The notes beneath the pieces were generated by a model that was not told the DNA's origin, did not search any database, and saw nothing but the letters and a program-made list of their open reading frames with translations. Shown piece by piece: positions 8,538-17,741 of a stretch of 64,000 nt of DNA; within the stretch, counting starts at the first letter, position 1; every line of letters starts with the position of its first letter. The stretch is from an uncultured Chloroflexia bacterium (lineage in GTDB: Bacteria > Chloroflexota > Dehalococcoidia > Dehalococcoidales > RBG-16-60-22), in NCBI GenBank assembly GCA_963727315.1, contig CAVSFE010000002.1:139674-203673 (forward strand), read 5' to 3'. Position numbers and translations under genes: made by a program.

Positions 8538-10133
8538 ATGCCCGCCAAGAAACTACTGAAGGAACTCTCCCGGTACAACATAGGGACCTTCGCCGATATT
8601 ATCTACCGGCAATCGCTACTCCGTCCCGATAAGGTGGCCTATATTTACGGCGAGGAGCAACTGACCTATTCTCAGTTCAACTCCAAGGTAAACAGGCTGG
8701 TGCACGCTTTACAGGACCTGGGCGTAAAAAAGGGAGACGCTATCGGCTTATTGTCCTGGAACTGCCTTGATTACGCCATTATCTATGGCGCCGCGATGAA
8801 AGGCGGGTATATCATTTCGCGTTTCAATCCCCGCCTGCAGGCCGAAGAGCTGGACTACCTCATCAATTATTCCGAGGTCAAAACGCTTTTCGTCGGGCTG
8901 GAACTGGTGGCCGTCACCGAAACGCTCCGGCCTAAAATACCCGGCATCAAGAACTATATCTCCCTGGAAAACCGCGTTCCCAACATGATGTATATGCACG
9001 ACCTGATGGACTCCAAGCCTGACGACGAACCCTATGTCCGGGTAGAGGAAGACAACGGATTTTTCATCATATACACGAGCGGCACCACCGGAGTGCCCCG
9101 CGGCGCGGTGTATTCCCACCGCGAGGCCTGGGACGACGCCCGTACCTATATCATCAACCTCAGCATCCAGCCGGATGATAAGCACATCCAGGTATCGCCC
9201 ATGTTTCACATCGCCGGCGATACCATGGTCCGGTCCATCTTATATATGGGCGGATGTAATATCATCATGAAATTTTTCGATCCGGCGGCCACGCTGCAGC
9301 TGATCCAGGGGCACCGGGCGACCCACATATCCATCGTGCCGACCCACCTCGTAGCCATGCTGGCTCTGCCCGATGTTAAGAAATATGATATCAGCAGCCT
9401 TAAATTCATCTGGTACGGCGGTTCGCCCATGCCCGTGGAGGTGCTGAAAAGAGGCTTGCAGACTTTCGGGCCTATTTTCGGGCAGGGCTACGGCCAGAGC
9501 GAAAGCGGCCCGGCCATCTGCCATTTGGCGAAAGAAGACCACAACGTCGTCGGCAAACCGGAGGAAAAAAGGCTCGCGTCCGTCGGGCAGCCGGACATCG
9601 GCGTGCAGGTGAGGATTGTCGATGACAAGGGAAGGGACGTCGACGTCGGCGAACTGGGTGAAATCATCGTCCGCAGCAAACACAACATGCTCGAATACTG
9701 GAAGAAACCCAAAGACACCAGCACCACCATCGTCGACGGGTGGCTGCATACCGGAGATATCGGCCGTTACGATGAAAAAGGCTACGTTTTCCTCGTCGAC
9801 CGTAAAAAGGACATGATCATTACCGGCGGTGAAAACGTATTCCCGAGAGAAATCGAGGAGGTTCTCTACCGCTACCCTAAAGTACACGAGGTCGCGGTAA
9901 TCGGCATCCCCGACCCCTACTGGGTGGAAAAGGTCCATGCCGTTGTCGCCCTGGAAAAAGGCGCTAAGGCTACCGCCAACGAGCTTATCGATTTTGCCAA
10001 AAAAAGCCTGGCCGGCTATAAGGTCCCCAAATCAGTCGAGTTCGTGGATGCCCTGCCCAAGAATGCCGCCGGCAAGATTATGAAACGCGAACTGCGGGAG
10101 AAATACTGGGCCAACCAGGACAGGAAAATATAA
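8538..10133 (+). CDS. long-chain fatty acid--CoA ligase / acyl-CoA synthetase (AMP-binding family)
   Basis: YTSGTTGVPRG, GYGQSE, WLHTGDIG, DRKKDMIITGGENV, PKNAAGK; GGAGG RBS before ATG 8538. Confidence 0.92.
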   Translation: MPAKKLLKELSRYNIGTFADIIYRQSLLRPDKVAYIYGEEQLTYSQFNSKVNRLVHALQDLGVKKGDAIGLLSWNCLDYAIIYGAAMKGGYIISRFNPRLQAEELDYLINYSEVKTLFVGLELVAVTETLRPKIPGIKNYISLENRVPNMMYMHDLMDSKPDDEPYVRVEEDNGFFIIYTSGTTGVPRGAVYSHREAWDDARTYIINLSIQPDDKHIQVSPMFHIAGDTMVRSILYMGGCNIIMKFFDPAATLQLIQGHRATHISIVPTHLVAMLALPDVKKYDISSLKFIWYGGSPMPVEVLKRGLQTFGPIFGQGYGQSESGPAICHLAKEDHNVVGKPEEKRLASVGQPDIGVQVRIVDDKGRDVDVGELGEIIVRSKHNMLEYWKKPKDTSTTIVDGWLHTGDIGRYDEKGYVFLVDRKKDMIITGGENVFPREIEEVLYRYPKVHEVAVIGIPDPYWVEKVHAVVALEKGAKATANELIDFAKKSLAGYKVPKSVEFVDALPKNAAGKIMKRELREKYWANQDRKI

Positions 10134-10164
10134 AGTCGTGCCGGAAGCTGCGTTATGTCAATCT

Positions 10165-10360
10165 CCTGACAAATTCCTCTTTCTATTCTCCCCCACCGCG
10201 TGTATACTATAACCGTAAACCGTTAGCGGTAAACTAATTAACATAACTCTAAAAACGAATACCCCGATTTTGAAGCTAACTTAACATATAACGAAAAACG
10301 AATACCCCTAGCTGATTAGCTTCGGAATTCAAAAAAAATTTTAAAAACGAATAACGAATC
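10165..10360 (+). repeat. AT-rich dispersed non-coding repeat, copy 1
   Basis: Aligns by eye with the reverse complement of 27017-27205; three internal AAAAACGAAT motifs. Confidence 0.75.
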
Positions 10361-10365
10361 CTGTT

Positions 10366-10514
10366 TTACTTCGAGTAGATATTTCTCCGGGTTGGCGTCG
10401 AAAGCCTTCTTGCAGCCCACGCGCGCAGAAATAGTATTTCTTGCCCTGGTATTCCGAGGTCGCCGGAGCTTTCTTTTCGTCGACTTTCATCTTGCACACG
10501 GGGTCAATCGCCAT
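10366..10514 (-). CDS. YHS domain protein (apparently two 1-nt insertions; not in the ORF track)
   Basis: MAIDPVCKMKVDEKKAPATSEYQGKKYYFCA-[+1]-VGCKKAFDANPEKYL; GGAGG RBS; directly downstream of copA. Confidence 0.8.
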
Positions 10515-10530
10515 ATGACACCTCCATCGT

Positions 10531-13012
10531 TCAATTTGCCAGTTTCGGTGGCCGGAAAGACCGCAGACGCAGTGAGTTGGACACCACCGTTATTGAGCTT
10601 AACGCCATGGCGGCCGCCGCCAGAATCGGATTCAGGAAACCGTACTTGCCGAGGATAAAGCTGAGTCCCGAAGGAACGCCCCCTCCCCCGAAGGCAAGGT
10701 AAAGGATGCCCGCCGCCACCGGGATAAGAATCACGTTATAGGCAAAAGCCCAGAAGAGGTTTTGCTTGATGGTCCGTATGGTGCGCCGGCTCAGGGAAAT
10801 GGCGGTGGCGATTCCGGCCAGGTCGCCGCTGATGAGGGTGATATCGCCGGTCTCCATGGCGACGTCGGTGCCGGTGCCGATAGCGATGCCGACATCGGCC
10901 TGCGCCAGGGCCGGGGCGTCGTTAATGCCGTCGCCTACCATGGCGACGATGCGCCCTTCTTCCTGAAGCTTTTTCACTTCCTCGGACTTCTTTTCCGGCA
11001 GCACCTCGGCCAGGACGCGGTCGATACCGGCCTGGCGGGCGATTGCCTCGGCGGTGCGCCGGTTATCGCCGGTGACCATAGCTACCTCGATGCCCATTCT
11101 CCTTATTTCGGCCATAACATCTAGCGGCATTCGGCTTGAGGGTATCGGCCAGCCCGATGATGCCAATCCCCCGGCTGTCCATCGCCAGGAACGTGACCGT
11201 CTTGCCGGACTCGAAAAGGCCCTCAGCCTTCTCCCCCAGTGCCCCCAGGACCACGCCGCGGTCCTGCATTAGCTTGAAGTTGCCCAGCAGGAGCTTCTTG
11301 CCATTTATGGCAGCTTCGGCGCCATGTCCGGGGATAGCGGTAAAATCAGAGGTCGACTGAATCTTCAGTTGTCTTTCACTGGCGGCGCGGACGACGGCCT
11401 CGCCGAGCGGGTGCTCGGAATCGTGTTCCACGGCGGCCGCCAGCCCGAGCACTTCATTTTCAGAAAATGGGGCGGCGGCGATGATATCGGTCACCTCGGG
11501 TCTGCCCTCGGTAAGCGTCCCGGTCTTGTCCAGGAGCAGCGTATCGATTTTATAAAACCTCTCCAGCGCTCCGGCGCTCCTGATGAGGATACCGTGCTCG
11601 GCGCCCTTGCCCGTGCCTACCATGATGGCCGTGGGCGTGGCTAGTCCCAGGGCGCAGGGACAGGCGATAATCAGCACGGCGATGAAGTTGAGGAAAGCGA
11701 AGGTCAGCGAAGGAGAGGGACCGAAAAAGTACCAGATTATAAATGTAACGACGGCAATGGCGATAACCGCCGGCACGAAGTAGCTGGCGATAATATCGGC
11801 GAGGCGCTGAATGGGCGCTTTGCTCCCCTGGGCTTCTTCCACCAGACGCACAATCCTCGCCAGCGTGGTGTCCTTGCCGATACGCGTCGCTTCTAACTGA
11901 AAGCTGCCCGTCTTATTGATGGTCGCCCCGATGACCTCGTCGCCCTCTTTCTTTTCCACCGGCAGACTCTCGCCGGTAACCATGGACTCGTCCAGGCTGG
12001 GATGCCCCTGGCGGATAACGCCGTCTACGGGCACCCTTTCGCCCGGCCGTACCAGGATGAGGTCGCCGACCTGTACCTCGTCGACATTGATTTCTCTCTC
12101 CTGACCATCACGGATGACCAGGGCCGTCTTCGGCTGCAGGCCGATGAGCTTTTTGATGGCCGCTGATGTTTGTCCCCTGGCCCTGGCCTCCAGGAAACGC
12201 CCCAGCAGAATCAGGGCGATAATCATGGAGGAAGTATCGAAATAAAGGTCGGGGGCCGTGCCGCCAATCGTCAGTGCCGACGGGAAAAGCACCGCCACCG
12301 CGCTGTAAAAATAGGCGGCGGACGTGCCCACGGCGATGAGAGTGTTCATGTCGGCGGTACGGTGCCTGAGGGCGACCCAGAACCCGCGGTAGAACCGCCA
12401 GCCCGCCCAGAACTGCACCGGAGTGGCGAGGGCCCAGAGCAGGTAGGACTTGCCGGTAAAACCGGGCAACAAGCTCAGAGTCATGATGATGGCCCCGAGG
12501 ACTATCGCCAGGATAAACCGGTTCCTGACGCCAATCATTTCCCGCCGAGACGCTGTGGTAACGTCTTCTAGCGTCTCCGCTTCCTCGCCGAGTTCGTAGC
12601 CGGCGTCGTGGACTGCCCGGCGCAGGTCAGCCACCTCAACGCTATCGAGGTATTCTACCGTGGCTTTCTCGGAAGCCAAGTTAACAGCCACCGAAACGAC
12701 GCCGGGAACGCTTTTCAGGGCTTCCTCGACGCGGTTGACACAAGAAGCACAGGTCATGCCGCGCACCGGGAAAATCGTTTTTTTGACTGCGACGCCATAG
12801 CCTGATTCGGCAACAGCCTGCGTGATTTTATCCAGGCCGGTCTTTTCCGGGTCGTACTCTACAGTGGCCTTTTCAGAGGCAAAATTGACCCTGGCCCCTT
12901 CGACCCCCGGAGTCTCCGCCAAGGCCTTCTCTACGGTGGCGGCGCAGGTGGTACAGGTCATGCCGGTAATTTGTATGCGGGCTTTCTGTGATTTCCCTGT
13001 TTTTATTGCCAT
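10531..13012 (-). CDS. copA: copper-translocating P1B-type ATPase (one frameshift near 11123, probably a sequencing error)
   Basis: Two HMA domains (GMTCTTC, GMTCASC), [34 protein letters not shown] and MALSS motifs split over ORFs 11063-13012 and 10531-11166. Confidence 0.92.
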
Positions 13013-13171
13013 ATAACTAAACTCAATACAATTTTATCATAACGGGGGCTACGACCATTGTATGTGACCAACATCTCATGCTAATGAGCTTCAAATCTAT
13101 CCATATTAATCAAATCTTAACAATTGATTGTTATCTTTATTTCTAGAAAGCCAAAGAAAGGAGGTGACACT

Positions 13172-13688
13172 ATGTGGCGAAGCAAGAAATTCATTATTCA
13201 TCGCTGTATTGACTGTGCTGGTGGTGGGAGGCACTCTGGGTGGCGTTGCCATCGCTCAGGCGGATGACCAGAACGCGAACACGACCCCGACAGCGACGGC
13301 GAATGTCACAACGTTCCTGGACAAGGTGGCGGAAATTTATAAAAATAACACCGGCGTCACTATCGACCCGCAGCAGCTGCAGCAGGCGATAACCGAAGCC
13401 AGACAGGCGATGCGAGACGAAGCGCTGGACAACTACCTCAAGAAACTCGTGGCCGATGGAAAGATAACCCAGGAGCAGGCCGACCAGTTTAAAGCCTGGT
13501 GGGACTCCAGACCGAGCCTGGATGAATTTAATTCGTGGCTGCAATCCCGCCCGGACATCCCGGGGCTTTTCGGCGGTGATAATGGGATGGGAATGGGACC
13601 ATTCGGGGGAATGCAAGGCGGTATGGGCAACTTCAGAATGGGGTTCAGGGCCGGACTCCGGTGTGCTCCTGACACCGATGCCCAATAA
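13172..13688 (+). CDS. secreted helical hypothetical protein (frameshift near 13198)
   Basis: AAGGAGGT RBS and ATG at 13172; removing one base gives signal peptide MWRSKKFIIIAVLTVLVVGGTLGGVAIA-QADD; Gly/Met-rich tail. Confidence 0.7.
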
Positions 13689-13721
13689 CCAGTAATTATT
13701 AGTAAAAATAGGAATAACGCC

Positions 13722-13750
13722 AAAGGAGGGGGATAACCCCCCTCCTTTCT
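13722..13750 (+). terminator. intrinsic terminator hairpin
   Basis: AAAGGAGGGGG-ATAA-CCCCCTCCTTT downstream of the stop at 13688. Confidence 0.7.
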
Positions 13751-13860
13751 GTTCAGATGACACCATGCCGGTCTCAGGCACGAAGGAACACTAAATTAAC
13801 AATTCTTTAACATTTATGGTATAAATTTATATGAAGCTAGCAGATAGCAGGGATTCAGAG

Positions 13861-14556
13861 ATGTCCGGTAAAAAGGTGCTGGTAGTTGACGACGACGTTA
13901 AAACGGTAGAGCTCGTGAAACTATACCTTAACCGAGATGGCTACCGTGTCCTTACCGCTTATAACGGCAACGACGCCCTGCAACTGGCCCGCGAGGCCAA
14001 GCCCGACCTTATTGTCCTTGACCTAATGCTGCCCGGCATCAGCGGTCTCGAGGTTTGCCGCATCCTGCGCAAAGAGTCCGACGTTCCTATTATTATGCTC
14101 ACGGCGCTCACGACCGACGAAGACCGGTTGACCGGCCTCGACCTGGGTGCCGATGACTACGTAACCAAGCCCTTCAGCCCCCGGGAACTGGCCGCCAGGG
14201 TGAGGGCGGTACTGCGCCGCATCCCCGGGGAGAGGGGGCCGGACAAAATCGATTACGGGGCACTTAGCGTAAATTTCCTGAAACACGAAGCCTTTCTGGA
14301 AGGCGAGCCGCTGGGCCTGACTCCGGTTGAGTTCAAGGTGCTGGGCGCCCTGGTGAAAGAACCGGGCCGCGTGTTCAGTCGGGCGCAGATTATCGAAAAA
14401 GCGCTCGGCCATGACTTTGACGGCTTCGACAGAACCATCGACGTCCATATCCTCAAATTGCGCCGCAAGCTCGAAAAAGACCCGCGCCATCCCAGGTTGA
14501 TTAAGACAGTCTATGGAGCCGGCTATAAGCTCCTGGAACAAGACGGCGATGCATAG
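13861..14556 (+). CDS. OmpR/PhoB-family response regulator
   Basis: VLVVDDD, DLIVLDLMLPG, GADDYVTKPFS, RTIDVHI, IKTVYGAGY. Confidence 0.93.
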   Translation: MSGKKVLVVDDDVKTVELVKLYLNRDGYRVLTAYNGNDALQLAREAKPDLIVLDLMLPGISGLEVCRILRKESDVPIIMLTALTTDEDRLTGLDLGADDYVTKPFSPRELAARVRAVLRRIPGERGPDKIDYGALSVNFLKHEAFLEGEPLGLTPVEFKVLGALVKEPGRVFSRAQIIEKALGHDFDGFDRTIDVHILKLRRKLEKDPRHPRLIKTVYGAGYKLLEQDGDA

Positions 14557-15959
14557 TCTGAACTTCCGTCTGCTGGCGGCCTTCACACTGGTAATTATCG
14601 TCACCATCGGCTCCGTATTTTTTTTCACCTACCGCACGACGCGCCACGAAATCAGCCAAGTGGAAGGACGCCTCGAACAAATACAGGATACCAGAATAGA
14701 AATAGAGTTAAGCCGTTATTATCAGTTCGAAGGGAGCTGGCAAGGAGTGCAGTCTATCGTCGTCCAGTGGGGCAATCTGTACGGACGCCGGATTATCCTG
14801 ACCGATAAAGATGACATCGTATTAGCAGACTCCGATGAAAGTCTGATAGGAAGCTCCTATACAGACGATAAAGACAGTCAGCCCACGGCGCTGGTGCTCC
14901 AACCCGGCCAGCTATTCGGCGCGTTTTTCGCCCTAAACCCTGCCCAATCAGCGGAACCTGCTGCGGAAACAGAATATTGTTGGTGTCCTTCGCGTGCTCC
15001 CCGGAGATTCGGCGGACATCAACCGGGCGGCGCTGCAAATTACCTACCAAACAATAGGTCAGTATTTCATCTGGGGAGGGCTGGTGGCCATTGCCATCGC
15101 CCTGCTGCTGACCTTTTTCCTGTCGCGCCACATCCTGGCGCCGGTCAAGTCCCTCATCTCGGCCACGAGGCATTTCGGGAAAGGTGACTTTTCCCGGAGG
15201 GTGGACGATAAAGATAAGGGAGAACTCGGCGAGCTGGCGCAGTCTTTCAACTCGATGGCCGCCGACCTGGAACGCACCGAACGCCTGAGGCGCAACATGG
15301 TGGCGGATGTCGCCCATGAACTCAGGACCCCCCTGTCCAACCTTAAAGGCTACCTGGAGGCCGTCAGCGACGGCCTTATCAAGCCGGATAAAAACACCAT
15401 CCATTCACTTAACGAAGAGGCGTCGATACTCTCGCGCCTGGTCGACGACCTTCAGGAACTGAGCCTGGCCGACGCCGGCGAAATCAAGCTGAACATCCAG
15501 CCGGAAGATATTACCGGTCTGATCAAAGATACCGTGGCCGGAATGCAGGCCAAAACAACCGCCAGGGGCCTGGAATTATCCGCCGACCTGCCGGCGTCAC
15601 TTCAGGCGGTAAGCATCGATTCCCACCGCATCAAGCAGGTACTGCTCAATCTGCTGGAGAACGCGGTGACGCACACGGACAAGGGCGGCAGGATAACGGT
15701 AACGGCCAGGCAGCAGGATAAAACGGTATATGTCAGCGTGGCTGATACCGGCGAAGGCATCCCCGCCAAAGACCTGCCGCTGATATTCGAGCGGTTCTAT
15801 CGCGTAGACAGGTCACGCAACAGGAAGACCGGCGGCAGCGGACTGGGTCTGACCATCGCCAAACGCCTGGTGGAAGCTCACGGCGGCACCATCGAGGTCA
15901 AAAGCGAACCGGGCCAGGGCAGCACCTTCACCTTTACTATTCCGGTAATAAACAGTTAA
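14549..15959 (+). CDS. HAMP-domain sensor histidine kinase, BaeS-like (frameshift near 14965)
   Basis: Two TM segments, HAMP ([13 protein letters not shown]-like), H-box AHELRTPL, N-box LLENAV, DTGEGI, FERFYR, GSGLGL; ATG at 14549 overlaps the regulator stop. Confidence 0.9.
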
Positions 15960-15966
15960 TATCCCC

Positions 15967-17598
15967 TTATTTTTTGGCGGTTTTCTCCGTACTAACTTCG
16001 TGGTGCGTGCGGAGCGGAATTTCCCGGAGAAACAAGTTGATGACGAAAGCCAGCGCGATGGCAAAAAGGGCGTAGAGAAAAACGTGAGATATCGAGAGGG
16101 CCAGGGATTCGCGCAGCGCCTGCATCACCTGCTGTAACATGGTCACGCCCTGTTCTCCCAGGTTGCTAATGATTTGCTGCAGCTGGCTCAGCGCTTCCGG
16201 GTTCATCAACGCTTCGGGGTTGTGCATCAGCGTAGTAAGCTGCTGCGACGGAACCAGTTTAATGAAATCAGCAGGAAGCCTTGTGGTCAACTCCGCGGCA
16301 AATCGGTTATTCATTACCGAACCGAATACTGCCAGGCCGACCGAGCCGCCGATGGAGCGGAAAAAGGCGGTGGCGGAAGTGGCGGCGCCGAGGATGTTAT
16401 AAGGCACAGTATTCTGCACGGCCAGCATGTAAAGAGGCATGGTTATACCCAGACCGATGCCGGTAATAACCATGTTTCTCACGGCGATGCCGTTGGTGGT
16501 CGCCACCGTCAACCCGGAAAGCAGCCACATCCCGAAAGCCATCAACGCTAGTCCGACGGCGCCCTGCAGGCGGTAGTGCCCTCCGGCACGCGAGAGCACC
16601 TGCCCCGAAATGGTGCTGCCAAAGACTGTCCCCAGCATCATCGGCGTGACGAAGTTGCCACTTGAGGTGGCGGATGCCCCGAGAACGCCCTGGAAAAAAA
16701 GCGGGATGAAGACGATGGAGCCGAACATACCCACCGCTGTAAGGAATATCATCAACGAGGATATCGATACGATAGGATCTTTGAATATAGACAGAGGGAC
16801 AATGGGCTCTTTACTGCGGTATTCCACCCATAGGAAAATTGACAGCGCCAAAACAGAGAATATAAACATGCTAATAATCTGCGGCGATCCCCACTCATAT
16901 TCCACGCCGCCCCAAGATAACGCCAGCATGAGCGGCACCACGCCCAGTATCAACAGGACGACCCCTGCATAATCAATGCTGTGTTTGAGATTATCGGGGC
17001 GGAAGTTAGGGAAGAAAAAGATAAACAGCACAATAACTATTAGACCCAGGGGGAGATTAACAAAAAATACCCAATGCCAGGAGAGGCTATCGGTGATATA
17101 ACCTCCCAGCGTTGGCCCGACTATCGAGGAAATGCCGAAGACGGCGCTCATGAAGCCCTGGTATTTCCCCCTCACAGCGGGGGGAAAAAGGTCGCCGATA
17201 ACGGTGAAGGCGTTAGCCATAATGACGCCGGCGCCGATTCCCTGGAGGCCGCGGAAGATAATAATCTGGCTCATGGTCTGGCTGATACCGCACAGGACAG
17301 AACCGAGGAGAAAGATAATCAGGCCGCCGAGGTAAAAATATTTGCGTCCGTAGATATCCGTCAGTTTTCCGGTGATGGGAACGGTGACCGCCGAGGTGAT
17401 AATGTAAGCCGTGGTAATCCAGGTATATTGACTGAATCCACCCAGGTCGGAGATGATGCGCGGCATGGCGGTGCCCACGATGGTCTGGTCAAGGGCGCCT
17501 AGAAACATCGCCAACATTACGCCGGCGAAGGTAAAAACTACCTGTTTCCTGGGTAATGAGCGCAGGCCGATAGGTAATGCTTGAGTTTCTTGAGTCAC
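15967..17598 (-). CDS. MFS multidrug efflux transporter, DHA2 (14-TMS) family
   Basis: LDQTIVGTAMP, GKLTDIYGRK, WHWVFFVNLP, about 14 hydrophobic segments. Confidence 0.92.
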   Translation of the reverse strand: MTQETQALPIGLRSLPRKQVVFTFAGVMLAMFLGALDQTIVGTAMPRIISDLGGFSQYTWITTAYIITSAVTVPITGKLTDIYGRKYFYLGGLIIFLLGSVLCGISQTMSQIIIFRGLQGIGAGVIMANAFTVIGDLFPPAVRGKYQGFMSAVFGISSIVGPTLGGYITDSLSWHWVFFVNLPLGLIVIVLFIFFFPNFRPDNLKHSIDYAGVVLLILGVVPLMLALSWGGVEYEWGSPQIISMFIFSVLALSIFLWVEYRSKEPIVPLSIFKDPIVSISSLMIFLTAVGMFGSIVFIPLFFQGVLGASATSSGNFVTPMMLGTVFGSTISGQVLSRAGGHYRLQGAVGLALMAFGMWLLSGLTVATTNGIAVRNMVITGIGLGITMPLYMLAVQNTVPYNILGAATSATAFFRSIGGSVGLAVFGSVMNNRFAAELTTRLPADFIKLVPSQQLTTLMHNPEALMNPEALSQLQQIISNLGEQGVTMLQQVMQALRESLALSISHVFLYALFAIALAFVINLFLREIPLRTHHEVSTEKTAKK

Positions 17599-17741
17599 GG
17601 GAATTAATAAGAACTAAATAAAAACAAATTTCACGAACTAATATAATTATATCATAATATTAGCGATGCACCACACTGGAACGCACAGGCATTCTGCCCA
17701 TCGTGCTATAATAGACCAGCACGTCGCGTCGGGTTGAGCTT

